A stretch of 64,000 bases of DNA, from assembly GCF_006345805.1 (NCBI RefSeq), contig NC_043010.1:8928001-8992000 (forward strand). The letters run 5' to 3'. The stretch is from Octopus sinensis. Taxonomy: Eukaryota. Every line of letters starts with the position of its first letter. The stretch's first letter is position 1. This document shows positions 1 to 14,823 of this stretch, piece by piece. The position numbers were made by a program, and so were the translations under genes. The notes beneath the pieces were generated by a model. The model was not told the DNA's origin. It was given only the letters and a program-made list of their open reading frames with translations, and made no database searches.

Positions 1-40
1 ATTGCTCCAGTCCACTCCACTGGCACAAAAGAGTAGTATG

Positions 41-278
41 ATACCTATTTCTTTACTACCCACAAGGGGCTAAACACAGAGGGGACAAACAAGGACAGAC
101 AAATGGATTAAGTCGATTACATCAACTCCAGTGCTTAACTGGTACTTAATTTATCGACCCCAAAAGGATGAAAGGCAAAGTCGACCTCAGCGGAATTTGA
201 ACTCAGAACGTAGTGGCAGACGAAATACCGCTACACGTTTTGCCTGGCATGCTAACGTTTCTGCCAGCTCGCCGCCTT
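41..278 (-). mobile_element. tRNA-derived SINE family B
   Basis: Head ggcggcgagctggcagaa...gagttcaaattcc (box A/B) and tail gggtagtaaagaaataggtat on - strand. Confidence 0.85.
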
Positions 279-579
279 AGTATGATATCAGTTATTCACA
301 TTCTGTGTTATTCTGAATCACTCTGTGAACTATGTTAAGCGTACGTGTGACTGTGCAAAATGAGAGAAAGCTTTGATCACAGCTGCCTATTTTGATGAAC
401 TATATCTCCGAACCCCCAGAAACAGGTGTTGGACTTGTAACACCTTTTTTCCTTCCCTTTAATTTTCTCTGTCGTTTGTACTCTACGTAAGCTGGATCAA
501 TCTATGTCTTCATACTTAAATATTCATCGTCTAAAAGTCTTCACATTTTATTTTCTCTCATTTGCATGTAGACGTACCC

Positions 580-972
580 TTTTACTTCTTTCAGTCACTT
601 TGACTGTCACCATGCTGGAGCACCACGTTTAGTTAAACAAATTCATCCTAAGACTTATTCTTTGTAAGCCTAGTACTTATTCTATCAGCATCTTTTGCTG
701 AACCACTAAGTTACAGGGATGTAAACACACCAACATCAGTTGTCAAGCAATAGTGGGGGGACAAACACTGACATATACCACCCCCCATATACACACACAC
801 GCACACACATACATATATACACGATGGGATTCTTTTAGTTTCTGTCTACCAAATCCACTCACAAGGCTTTGGTTGGCCCCAGTCTATAGAAAATGACACT
901 TGCCTAAGGTGCCATGCAGTGTGACTGAACCCAGAACCATGTGGTTGGGCAGCAAGCTTCTTACCACATACC
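580..972 (-). mobile_element. tRNA-derived SINE family A (CORE-like ccttgggcaagt domain), diverged
   Basis: Aligns by eye to the other family A copies; internal (CA)n/(TA)n. Confidence 0.8.
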
Positions 973-1524
973 CAATTCTATATGTATGTATGTATGTAAG
1001 TACTTGGTATCACAGTTGCTAAATCATTTACTCTCAATCAATGTGTCTCTCTTCATATGTCCAAATATATATATATATATTGTGATACAAATAAAATTAA
1101 AGTATCCACAATATTTTTTCTAGCTTGTTTATCCCTATATATTGGGAGAATTCTCCCAATATATCATTGATAACACCAGTTGATCTCTGGATTTTATAAT
1201 CTCTAAAGAGGACACTATATTTTCAACTGACTATATACACACACACACACACACGCATACATATCAATATAATTGTTTTTAAATTTTAAAAACAATATAT
1301 ATCACGTAAAGATTGAATAAAGGACACAATACATGACATAAAGTGACATATCTTTTATAAGAACTGTTCAGTTTAATCTCAGTGTTTTGCCAAGAGTGAT
1401 GAGTCACCCTCAACATAACTTTGAAGTTATATTAACAATTCTAATTAGTTTCATTTGACAAACACTTCAAAATAATGATCAATACTTTGCATAATAAACA
1501 ATCATATACACTTATGCATATGCA

Positions 1525-1556
<32 letters not shown>

Positions 1557-1559
<3 letters not shown>

Positions 1560-1960
1560 TCATCATCATCATCGTTTAACGTCCGCTTTCCATGCTAGCA
1601 TGGGTTGGACATTTTGACTGAGGGCTGGCGAACCAGATGGCTGCACCAGGCTCCAATCTTGATCTGGCAGAGTTTCTACAGCTGGATGCCCTTCTTAATG
1701 CCAACCACTCCGAGAGTGTAGTGGGTGCTTTTTACGTGTCACCGGCACGGGGGCCAGTCAGGTGGTACTGGCAATGACCTAGCTCGAATCTTTTTACACA
1801 TGCCGGTGAAGCGATGTTGGTAACGATCACGCTCGAATGGTGGCATTTTACGTGCCATGGGTACGGAAGCCAGTTGGCTGCTCTGGCAACGATCACGCTT
1901 GGATGCTGCTCTTGGCACCCTACTAGCATGGGCATAAGCGCCAGTAAGGCGACGCTAAAT
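1557..1960 (-). mobile_element. SINE family C 3' part with (GAT)n tail and internal tandem subrepeats
   Basis: Reverse complement of ggcattaagaagggcatccagctgtagaaac...gcatggaaagcggacgttaaacgatgatg. Confidence 0.75.
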
Positions 1961-2260
1961 GGAAATGTGTTTATCTATATAACTATAGCTCTCTATATGC
2001 ATATATATAGAGAACTACATGGTTTCGGGTTCAGTCCCACTGCGTGGCACTTTGGGTAGGTGTCTTCCGCTATATATAATATTGGATTTCTAAAGTAGAC
2101 TGTCTAGTTAATACCCAAATCTACTGGGCATTGGTTTGACCTGGGGCTATATTAGAATGTAGATACCCAGAGTGCATACTGTAGGATTGAACCTCAAACT
2201 GCATGGCAGTAAAACAGGCTCCTTAACTGCTCAACCAACTCTATATTGTGTGTGTATATA

Positions 2261-2309
<49 letters not shown>

Positions 2310-2410
2310 ATATACATACATACATACATATATATATACATATATTCATACATATATATATATATACACAACATATATATATATATATATATACATACAT
2401 ACATATATAT

Positions 2411-2465
<55 letters not shown>

Positions 2466-3047
2466 TAGATAGACATACACACACATATATTGGATGAGAA
2501 AGGTATATTCCAAAGAATTATTCAAATGAATTAATGTAACTCATTGGCTAATTACATAAAAAATTTTTTGATATGTATATACATTTCTTTTTTTTGTTCA
2601 CAGCCCTTCCTCTTTTAAATCTGGTTTTTGTCAAAGGATATTAATTTCAGCCTTTCCCTAGATATCGGTGGCCTCCTAGTTAGTATATTAAATTCACTGC
2701 TATCGTGAACAAGAACTATATGTAATCTTCTAAAAGCTCATCACAAATGAATTTCCATTTTATAAATGTCTAATGGGTTAACTTTTTATGGAAACAAAAC
2801 ATTAAAACAAAATATAATAACAGGAAAAAAAAAAATTTGATGGTGTGAGTATAATTGAACACATCATTAGTAATTAGTCGTGCATGTAACTGTGTATAGG
2901 GGTGGGTGGGTAGGTGGGTGTGGTCAGGCCTCGTTTTCCCCTTCCTTCCATATGTTCTTTTTCACCTTATCCTTCTTTGTCCTTTTCCCCCCCACCGTCA
3001 TTTTTCCTTGATTATTGAGTAAATGAAACTCATGCAGCTGTTGATGG

Positions 3048-3080
<33 letters not shown>

Positions 3081-3221
3081 CAGCATGCTTGGTGGTTCTT
3101 GCTGATGTTGTTGTGAAATGGAACCCATGTGTAGGCAAGGAACAAAGGAGAAAAATATCCTTATATGCATGCATACATACATCCTCATGTGTATATAAAT
3201 TCATAATTATAAGTCAGTCAT

Positions 3222-3252
<31 letters not shown>

Positions 3253-3314
3253 AATATATATATACATTTATATTATACATATACATATATATTGATATAT
3301 ATATAATATATATA

Positions 3315-3354
<40 letters not shown>

Positions 3355-3436
3355 ATATATATATTTGGATGCATACACACACATACACACATATTAGATA
3401 TTATATATATGTGCTATATATATATATATGCATATA

Positions 3437-3483
<47 letters not shown>

Positions 3484-3484
3484 G

Positions 3485-3605
<121 letters not shown>

Positions 3606-4343
3606 GTGGTGTGTGTGTGTGTGTGTCCTTCATCAAAGGGTTGGAAGAGAGATTGCCAGGATGGGGGAGATATTAGATGATGGTTGCCTTAAATGAAGTG
3701 GAGATAGCAAAAAGAAGGAAGGAAAAATAAGTATTAAAAAAAATAATAATAATAAATAATAATGATGAAAATATATCAATTGGAAGCCTGTGCAGCAGAA
3801 CGTATGAAGATAAAGAAGGCGGGGGGGGGGGCGGGGGAAACTGAGATGATGAGGAAATATAATAAAACATAAAGGAGATGGCTGACAATGAACTCAAGTA
3901 AAAGTTTAGTGACATTGATGATGAAAAGACCGAGAAAGTAAAACGTAAGGATTATGGAAGAAGAAGAGGAGAGAGGTAGAAAGCAAAATCAATATGGCGA
4001 ATAAATGTGATAGATGAAGGTAAAACGGGATGGGTTGGGGGGCGGGAAGAAAAATCAGAGCTTTCTTACACGTTCATACGCATTTATACATATCTAATAT
4101 CAACATTATGCACACCTTCAGCATAATCACAAAAGGAATAGATACTGAATACATGTGTAAGTACATTTACATGTACATATACATATATCATATATATATA
4201 TATTACATATATAATATATATATATATATGTTATATTATATATATCTCTGTGTGTGTGTATGTATATATATATATATGTATGTGTGTGGTGTGTATGTAT
4301 ATATATATATATATCTGTATGTGTGTGTATGTATATATATGTA

Positions 4344-4384
<41 letters not shown>

Positions 4385-4542
4385 TGTATGTATATATATG
4401 TAATGTGTCGTATATATATATATTATATATTATATATATATATAAGTATGTATGTATATATATATTTGTGTGTGTGTGTGTAATATATATACATCTATAT
4501 TTATACATATACATATATACACACACACACACACACACAGAC

Positions 4543-4573
<31 letters not shown>

Positions 4574-4954
4574 CATTTATATATCTGTACTCATATGTAT
4601 GCATATGTATATAACCACCTACTTTCCCACCAATCCTTGGCCCATTCCACTGTATACACCACCCTGTAACTTAGATGTATGGTTTCAACCTCATCTCTGT
4701 CATATCTTCACTGTCTTGCTCTCCCCCTCTCTTTTCTCTGTCAGAGGAAAATATGTCTGTCTTTGGATGTAAGACACGTTTCTGTCTCTCACTACTACTC
4801 TCCCCTCTCAACTTGCCCTCCTGCTAGATATTTGGTGACCTCACTGCTTCTGGCGCCATGTAAAATCTTAAAGTAGGTTGGTGTTTGGAAGGGTATCCAA
4901 CTGTAGAAAATGAAACCTTGCCAAAACATACAACAGAGGCTGGTAAGAACTCAG

Positions 4955-5778
4955 CTTTGTCACATAACATGAAAATTAACATACTGATAGCAGACTTAGG
5001 ACAATGAACAACGTGGCCCCACTATGCAACCCTATGAAACGAAGAAATGTACAGAACTTCATGCACCACATGCAATTCTCTGGATATGATCAGAAAGATA
5101 GGGTTTGAGTATACTGGGGTGCTAGAAAGAAGTTAGATAACATTATACCTAAGGATAGCAGTGGTGCCTGCCCTAGATATAGAAACAATGACTGGAATAG
5201 GATACAAAGAACTTGTGACAAAGCAAACAAGGTGAACACCAGGTATAAAACCGACAAATATCAAGGAGTGATGTATGTAGAGGCCACAGCCCATGGAGAA
5301 CTAGCCCGTAGATTTAGGAAAGCTCTGAAGGAGACCAAACTCAACATTAAGATTGTTGAAAAGCCAGGGAACTCCATTAGATCACAACTATGTAGGATGT
5401 ACCACTTTGAGAATACCGTATGCACCAATGATAACTGCATGGTATGTAGGATTAGCCCTGGCATTAACTGTAGAACTAGAAATGTAGTTTACAGCATAAG
5501 ATGCATAGAAGGTTCTTGTAAGGACATGAATATGACATACATAGGGGAGACATCTAGGAGCATTGTGGAATGACTAAATGAACATTTTAGACAATATGAT
5601 GACAAAAAACAGTTCTCCATACTCTACCAACATACCAAGGACCAACATAAAAGGCAACCTGGGTCAACTTGACATCCGCATTTTATCCAAACAACCAAAG
5701 GACCCAACACTCAGACACATACAGGAGTACGTCCTCATAAATGAAACATCCCCAGTACTAAATAGGAAATATACATAG
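4955..5778 (+). pseudogene. Penelope-like retroelement remnant (RT thumb, Cys linker, GIY-YIG endonuclease)
   Basis: ORF 5232-5573 contains CTNDNCMVC...CRTRNVVYSIRC...YIGETSRS. It continues after a stop as EHFRQ... and LDIRILSKQPKDPTLRHIQEYVLINETSPVLNRK. Upstream disrupted frames give SHNMKINILIAD and MQFSGY. This is the typical PLE GIY-YIG layout, with stops and frameshifts. Confidence 0.85.
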
Positions 5779-5870
5779 TTGATATCATACTCCCATACCC
5801 ACAGGTAGAGTAGAATAGTTAGTGGGCTGTTATGTAGATAGATGTATGTATGAGTGTGGGTGTGTGTATA

Positions 5871-6270
5871 TACTCTTTTACTTGTTTCAGTCATTTGACT
5901 GCGGCCATGCTGGAGCACCGCCTTTTAATCGAGCAACTCGACCCCAGGGCTTATTCTTTTGTAAGCCCAGTACTTATTCTATCAGTCTCTTTTGCTGAAC
6001 TGCTAAGTAACGGGGACATAAACACACCAGCATCGGTTGTCAAGCAAGGGGGACAAACACAGACACACAAACACACAAACACACACACGCATATATATAT
6101 ACATATATACGACAGGCTTCTTTCAGTTTCCGTCTACAAAATCCACTCACAAGGCTTTGGTCGGCTTGAGGCTATAGTAGAAAACACTTGCCCAAGGTGC
6201 CACGCAGTGGGACTGAACCCGGAACCATGTGGTTGGTAAGCAAGCTACTTACCACACAGCCACTGCTGCG
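5871..6270 (-). mobile_element. SINE family A
   Basis: Box A/B head (tggctgtgtgg...ggttcagtccc on - strand) and (AAAAGAGT)n tail. Confidence 0.9.
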
Positions 6271-6960
6271 TATGTGCATATGTATATGGACATGTTTGTA
6301 GGCATATGGATATGAATGTAAACTGATAGACATACAGACAGATAGGTACATAGGTTATATGAACAGACAAGCATACATACACACACATACACACATATAC
6401 ACACACATAAAAACACACAAACACATGAATATACAGGCAGAATACATACATTCAAACGTACACACATACATACAGATATACATATGCACACACACATACA
6501 CACATGCATGCATACATACGTGTATACATGTGTATGCACACACACACTGACCCATACACATGCACCAAGAACAAACAACAAGAACGCAGCTTCAATAACG
6601 GACAGAGCCAACAACTATTGAAAAGGTTGAAAGATGCAATGAAAATTTTAGAAAAGTAATTAAGTGAGTGGAAATTTTACCAGTGGGTGTTTTAAATTAT
6701 AAGGCACTAAAAGAGAATGACTCTCCCCAGACACGACAATATACACCCCCCACTCACATATACACACACACACATATACACATATATATATATTTATACA
6801 TACAATAATAAATAATTTGGACAAATGAATATAAGTTGATTTGTACGTTTAAATGTTAAGTAGAGCACTGGCATAGTTTAGGCTACCAGTTGTCATCGTG
6901 GTACACTTCGGTTGGATCGACTTCAGGAACTTCGCAGTGGCAGTTTTGGTAATAGTATTC

Positions 6961-7211
6961 TCTTTTACTCTTTTACTCTTTTGCTTGTTTCAGTCATTTT
7001 GACTGCGGCCATGCTGAACACCGCCTTTAGTCGAGCAAATCGACCCCGGGACTTATTCTTTTGTAAGCCCAGTACTTATTCTATCGGTCTCTTTTTGCCG
7101 AACCGCTAATTGACGGGGACGTAAACACACCAGCATCGGTTGTCAAGCAATGCTAGAGGGACAAACACAGACACACAAACATATACACACACATACATAC
7201 ATATATATATA

Positions 7212-7246
<35 letters not shown>

Positions 7247-7411
7247 CGACAGGCTTCTTTCAGTTTCTGTCTACCAAATCCACTCACAAGGCTTTGGTCA
7301 GCCCGGGGATATAGCAGAAGACACTTTGCCCAAGATGCCACACAGTGGGACTGAACCCGGAACCATGTGGTTGGTTAGCAAGCTACTTACCACACAGCCA
7401 CTCCTGCACCT
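6961..7411 (-). mobile_element. SINE family A
   Basis: Full-length copy with expanded internal (TA)n. Confidence 0.9.
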
Positions 7412-7569
7412 ATTAATTAATAGGAGATAGATTTCATATTAGACTTTTATTAGGTACAATGCATGTTCCACCCTATTAGTCTTAGTCTCTTACATACATT
7501 GATAAAGATGTCTCACTAGAGATTTTTAGTGTTGGCTGGCTTGTTATATGCCCATCAAATTATATATGT

Positions 7570-7621
<52 letters not shown>

Positions 7622-8393
7622 ACTTTAGGTTAAATATGTTTGTGACGTATTTCAACTCCTAAAGGCAAATTCATAGCAGTTACTGTGATGAAAAATTTCT
7701 TTGTTATGGTACGAGGTGTAAAAACACAATATCTACCCAGTGTTGCCCTCTATCAGATTACCAGATGCAGCATTTCTAGCTCTATAGCTCTTATCAATAG
7801 GAAATACTGAAGAGAAGTAACTCTGGGTAGATTTAAAGTCATAACTTTGACTAAAACACAGTCAACAACAGTGACTGATTTGTGCTGTTGGACTGCCAGG
7901 TCACAAGAAATTCAGCAGTATCAGCACTAAGCAGTGTTTAGGCATATGCAAACTTTAGGTTAGTTAAAATATGTTTGTGACATATTTCAACTTTGTAAGG
8001 CAAATTCACTGCAATTACCATGGAGAAAAATTCATTTAATGTACACAGAATATAGATACAAGTTACTAATAATTTCTTGCTGTGAAGACGCATTTCTGAG
8101 CAGGTTTTTCTCATGTGTGTCTCCAAGCAATCTTGAGGCACTGAGCACATACTCTGTTCTGTTGGAAAATCAGGATGCTTGCACAATAGAAATAAATAAG
8201 AAGGCTGATGCAAAAGTGGAAGAAGAAAAATAGAAAAAGAAAGAAAATTAGAGTTATGTTCCTGTGTATAATATCCTTTAATGTATTGTGTACATTAAAT
8301 GGTATTTATCTCTCATTGAATGGAGTACTTGTTTTGTTCATCTTACCTTACAGAACAATAAAATACATACATATATACATACATATATATCTA

Positions 8394-8464
<71 letters not shown>

Positions 8465-8754
8465 ATATATATATATATACACATATATATATATATGTAT
8501 GTATATGTCTATATATATATATGTATATACATATACATACATATACATACATGCATACGTATATATGTATACATGTATATATATGTATATATGTATATAT
8601 ATATATGTATATATATATGTATATATATGTATATATATATATTTGTGTATGTATATACATATATATATATGTATATATATATATATTTGTGTGTGTATAT
8701 ATATATACATATGCACACACATACATACATATACATACACAGACATGCATACAC

Positions 8755-8788
<34 letters not shown>

Positions 8789-10577
8789 TCTCACACACGT
8801 ATATGTACATAAATATGTATAAAATGACATGGTAACATGTAGGCATGCATAAGTGTATATGCGTTGGTGTGTATGAGTGTTCATACAACCAGCCCACATA
8901 TATACATACATTCTTACTTGTGTGTGTGTGCATGTGTCTGTTAAATAATTAATTTCTTCATTAGGCGTGCATTATTCTGAAGATAATTTGTACCATCTAT
9001 AAAAATTATTTAGTTCAATCTATCATATATCAAGCGGATATTTTACCCCCTGCCACTTCCCAACTATCATTAGGACTCATAGATTGTTAACGTAGTTTTC
9101 CCTGGTATATTAAACTGGGAGGTACAAACTCTGTAATCAGAGGCTCGTTAGCATGACTCAAATTAGAGTGGTTCAACTTTAATGAGGCAAGATTTAATGA
9201 GATCTTTCTTTGCAATGCCAGAAAATACTGTGATAGCTGAATTAGCATAGCGCCAAATTCTCTAGGCTGGGAATTCAGGTTTCAGCTATAATGGTATATA
9301 TATCCTTTAGTTGTGTCACTCATTGAACTACAGCCTTGCTGGGGTATCACCTTGAAGTGTTTGAGTCAAGTGAATCAACCCTGGTGATGCTTTTATGGAG
9401 GCAGCACTTTTAGGTTTGCTGTATAAGCCTGTATGGTGTTCTGTGGGGTGGGAGGGGAAAAAATCAAGAGCTGCACTCCAGCTATGCCCCTGCTTTAACA
9501 GCACTTACATATCCTTCTGTTTGATCCTGTGCCACTCTTCTTGATGAATACAACAGAGCTTAACTTTTCTAATAGTGGCTCAATTGATTTTGTTAGTTTA
9601 ACGTACGACCAGATTTCTTCAAGAATTTTGTAATATAATCTAGAATAAAAGAACTATGTCCACTGAAGATTGCTTCATCTCTCCCAGGCATGAGTATTTC
9701 TTCGGGCTATCACTTAAGCTATGCAGCTGAGGGCATAGCTGTGAGCTTAATAAGTTTGCTTAGCAACTACATGGCTTAAGAATGTAATACCTTGGTCAAG
9801 AGTCATTTACCATTGCTTCAAGACAAACAAAGATTTGTGCGTGAAATTTGATTGATGGAAATGACATGTAAGCCAATCAGGAGACAGTTTTTCTGTTCCC
9901 TTGTGGTAAGTAGAAAGAAAGTCTAGGGAGAGTTGAACAGCAGAATGTCTTCAGATAAGATGCTACCTCATGAGAAGTGTTTTGCCCCTTAACTCCTTAC
10001 AAACTAAGGGGTCCACATCATGACTCCCAGATACCCTCTCTGCTGCACATTCTGTGCTACTGACTTTATTACAACCCTTCTGGATGGTAAAAGCACCCCA
10101 GAGCCAAAGTACGTTGGGCGTTGTAATTAGTTCAGTCTTAGAAAATCAGCTGACTGTATGATAACTTGTGCATTTTGAAGTTCACTTCCATTCCTCTTTC
10201 ACCAAATCTGGCTGCATTCTTCTCAGCTGATCCTTTTATTATTCTGGTTCTCTTTCTCACAGAAACAGAGCCATTTCATGAGATCATATGCAGATTTGCT
10301 CACAAACCCTCTTGCAATCTCCTCCATGGTCATTAGGTAGTTAAACTCTATCATTTAGCTCTTTTGTACCTTTAGGAGAATCTATTTTGTTGTATATAAT
10401 TGAATCAGATTTCTAGCCTGACAGGAGTAAAGGTAACTTCCTCCTGTATGCCTACAAGTCTTGGAGGTCTTGGGAAAAGTCATGGGAGGTGCTGCTCTTA
10501 CTCCTCTAAGCCAAGTAAAAAACAAATTTTAAAATCATATGCTGTGCTCAAAAAGAATTGAAGATTCATCATTAGTC

Positions 10578-10824
10578 TCTTTTACTCTTTTACCTGTTTC
10601 AGTCATTTGACTGTGGCCATGCTGGAGCACCGCCTTTGTCGAGCAACTTGACCCCAGGACTTATTCTTTGTAAGCCTAGAACATATTCTATTGGTCTCTT
10701 TTGCTGAAATGTTATGTTACGGGGATGTAACTCACCAGCATCGGTTGTCAAGCAATGGGGGGGGACAAACACAGACACACAAACGTATACACACACATAC
10801 ATACATGCATACATACATACATGC

Positions 10825-10855
<31 letters not shown>

Positions 10856-11025
10856 TAATATATACAACAGGCCTCCCTCAGCCTCCGTCTACCAAACCCA
10901 CTCACAAGGCTTTGGTCGGCCTGAAGCTATAGAAGACACTTGCCCAAGGTACCACGCAGTGGGACTGAACCCGGAACTATGTGGTTAGAAAGCAAGCTAC
11001 TTACCACACAGCCACTCCTACACCT
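10578..11025 (-). mobile_element. SINE family A
   Basis: Full-length copy. Confidence 0.9.
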
Positions 11026-11418
11026 ATAAGTCAGATATACTTTCTCCATTCAATTAACTTTCAAGCTGCTTATAGATATTGATTTCAAATTTTGGCACCA
11101 GGCCAGTAAGTTCAGGCATACAGGCGAGTTGATTGCTTCAACCCCAGTGCTCAACTGGTATTTAACTTATTGACCTTAAAAGGATGTAAAGCACTGTAAA
11201 CCTCTGCAGAATCTGAACCCAGAATGTGCAGGCTGAATAGATACTGCAAAGCATTTTGCCTGGCATGCTAACAATTCTTTTCTACTTCAGACACAAGGTC
11301 AAAATTTTAGATCGATGCCAGTACAAAACTGGTACATAATTTATTGACCTCGAAAGGATGAAAGGCACAGTCGACCTCGACGGAATTTGAACTCAGAATG
11401 TAAAAGACAGATGAAATA

Positions 11419-11809
11419 CCTATTTCTTTACTACCCATAAGGGGCTAAACACAGAGAGGACAAACAAGGACAGACCTTGGTTAGTGGGCTGTTATGTAGA
11501 TAGATGTATGTATGTGTGAGTGTGGGTGTGTGTATATGTGTATATGTATATGCACATGTTTGTAGGCATATGGATATGAATGTAGACTAATAGACACACA
11601 GACAGATAGGTACATAGGTTATATGAAGGCTATAGTACATCGAGTACATTATATCGACACCAGTGTGTAACTGGTACTTAATTTATCGACCCCGAAAGGA
11701 TGAAAGGCAAAGTAGTCCTTGGTGGAATTTGAACTCAGAACGTAATGGCAGACGAAATACGGCTACGCATTTCGCCCGGCGTGCTACCGTTTCTGCCAGC
11801 TCGCCGCCT
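11419..11809 (-). mobile_element. SINE family B interrupted by a ~170-bp insertion (11476-11647)
   Basis: Tail half at 11419-11475 and head half at 11648-11809 are collinear with intact copies. Confidence 0.8.
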
Positions 11810-12207
11810 GGAAGTTCTTTACAGATTTTAATATTTTTTCTCACTTTGAGCACAATTAAAAAAATTTTTTTGCTGGTTTACTCAGTAAAAAATCCATTTG
11901 TTTCTCTACTGATACAGTGCTATAAATCTGGTGGAGTTTCTCTCATTTTTACGCAGGGCTCTTGCAGGGTTCTCATTATTATAGATAATACCATTATTTT
12001 ATGGTTCTACGTTTCTTCAGAGTCAAATGTTCATGAGTTATCTGTGTAATACTTCAGTATCATACAGTAACAGACTTGATAATTTAAACTCATAAATTTT
12101 GTATGTTGTGGGAGATAGGCTGTAGAGTAATAAAATTTTGAAACATGCTATACTTATTGATATTTCATTATTAGTGTTTCCCAAAAATTCAAACACACAC
12201 ACACATG

Positions 12208-12256
<49 letters not shown>

Positions 12257-12289
12257 TATATATATACAACATAAATAATTATATATAAT

Positions 12290-12336
<47 letters not shown>

Positions 12337-12492
12337 CACATATATAAATATATATAATTATGTGTGTATATATATATAATATATAAATATATATAAATAT
12401 ATATAATTATGTGTGTATATATATGTGTATATGTGTATATATATGTATATATATATATTATATTACACATATAAAATATATATAATTATGTG

Positions 12493-12537
<45 letters not shown>

Positions 12538-12550
12538 TAATATATATAAT

Positions 12551-12590
<40 letters not shown>

Positions 12591-12712
12591 TATATAAATA
12601 TATATAATTATGTGTGTATATATATGTGTATATGTGTATATAATGTGTATATAATAATATATATATACACATATATAAATATATATAATTATGTATATAT
12701 ATATATATATGC

Positions 12713-12754
<42 letters not shown>

Positions 12755-13110
12755 GCACACACACACTCACTCACAGGCATATATGTATATATGTGACCAT
12801 GAAAGTGTGTCTGTGTGTGTCTAATAAGCAATAATGTACAAAATGTGATATACAAAAAAATAAAAAAAACATATAATAAATATAAAACAAAAATAATGGT
12901 TTTGAAATAAAATAGATACTTGATAGGAAGGATTCCTTTTGAAACGTCCTCCTCTCACCAGTTATCAGTTATTAACACAATGAGAGGAAGAAGAGACAGG
13001 TTAGGTGGGTGAGAAATAATAGAATGCAAAAAGACATAAGCAAAAATGCACAACAATAATCTCAAACCCAAACATATAAAATATATATATATATAATATA
13101 ACATATATAT

Positions 13111-14823
13111 AATAAGTTTAACAATTAAGGATAATCTCTTAATAAGGGATCTTAACAAGAATTATCAGGTAGCTAGCGTGAAAACCTCATAAAAGAAAAG
13201 AATCCGAAAATAATTTTTTTCTTCTGAACAAATTAATTATATCTATATTGTATAGAGGGCATTATTACACATAAATGCCTCACACTAGGAGGGACAGAGT
13301 CATATTACTCAAAATTATACTAATCAACCCAAATGCAGTTTTTCAAAGCAAGACATTTAAAAATGAATTATGTTCTGTATCACCGTGATTTCACAATACA
13401 ACTTGCGTCTAATGATCGTCAGCAGAACTGATTCTGAATACATCATAAATAAACTAACCTTACGTAGCGAAGACGAACAGACAACTGCTCTCTCCGGCCA
13501 AGCACATGGAATGTTTATAAATCATATATCCGGTAAATGGCGGGCTTTTTACGAACTGCATGTCGGGTAATGAAAAGTATTTCGGAATAAGTTTAACAAT
13601 TAAGGATAATCTCTTAATAAGGGATCTTAACAAGAAATTATCAGGTAGCTAGCGTGAAAACCTCATAAAAGAAAAGAATCCGAAAATAATTTTTTTCTTC
13701 TGAACAAATTAATATATCTATATTGTATAGAGGGCATTATTACACATAAATGCCTCACATAGGAGGACAGAGTCATTACTACCAAAATTATACTAATCAT
13801 ACCCAAATGCAGTTTTTCAAAGCAAGACATTTAAAAATGAATTATGTTCTGTATCACCGTGATTTCACATACAACTTGCGTCTAATGATCGTCAGCAGAA
13901 CTGATTCTGAATACATCATAAATAAACTAACCTTACGTAGCGAAGACGACAGAAAACTGCTCTCTCCGGCCAAGCACATGGAATGTTTATAAATCATATA
14001 TCCGGTAAATGGCGGGCTTTTTACGAACTGCATGTCGGGTAATGAAAAGTATTTCGGAATAAGTTTAACAATAAGGATAATCTCTTAATAAGGGATCTTA
14101 ACAAGAAATTATCAGGTAGCTAGCGTGAAAACCTCATAAAAGAAAAGAATCCGAAAATAATTTTTTTCTTCTGAACAAATTAATTATATCTATATTGTAT
14201 AGAGGGCATTATTACACATAAATGCCTCACACTAGGAGGGACAGAGTCATTACTACCAAAATATACTAATCATACCCAAATGCAGTTTTTCAAAGCAAGA
14301 CATTTAAAAATGAATTATGTTCTGTATCACCGTGATTTCACATACAACTTGCGTCTAATGATCGTCAGCAGAACTGATTCTGAATACATCATAAATAAAC
14401 TAACCTTACGTAGCGAAGACGAAAGAGACAACTGCTCTCTCCGGCCAAGCACATGGAATGTTTATAAATCATATATCCGGTAAATGGCGGGCTTTTTACG
14501 AACTGCATGTCGGGTAATGAAAAGTATTTCGGAATAAGTTTAACAATTAAGGATAATCTCTTAATAAGGGATCTTAACAAGAAATTATCAGGTAGCTAGC
14601 GTGAAAACCTCATAAAAGAAAAGAATCCGAAAATAATTTTTTCTTCTGAACAAATTAATATATCTATATTGTATAGAGGGCATTATTACACATAATGCCT
14701 CACACTAGGAGGGACAGAGTCATTACTACCAAAATTATACTAATCATACCCAAATGCAGTTTTTCAAAGCAAGACATTTAAAATGAATTATGTCTGTATC
14801 ACCGTGATTTCACATACAACTTG
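13111..14823 (-). mobile_element. Retrozyme-like tandem array, arm 1L (~3.6 x 476-bp monomers; hammerheads read on - strand)
   Basis: Direct repeats with period 472-476 bp. Hammerhead motifs at 13372-13428, 13846-13901 and 14319-14374, plus a half motif at 14792-14823. Begins immediately after (TA)n. Confidence 0.85.

Noticed and set aside
7620-8035. ~80-bp diverged direct repeat (7621 and 7950)
   Set aside because: Old small local duplication with no further structure.
12915-12960. Possible degenerate hammerhead cttgatag-gaaggattcctt-ttgaaacgtc (also at ~17810)
   Set aside because: The core does not match CUGANGA and no stem I pairing was found.
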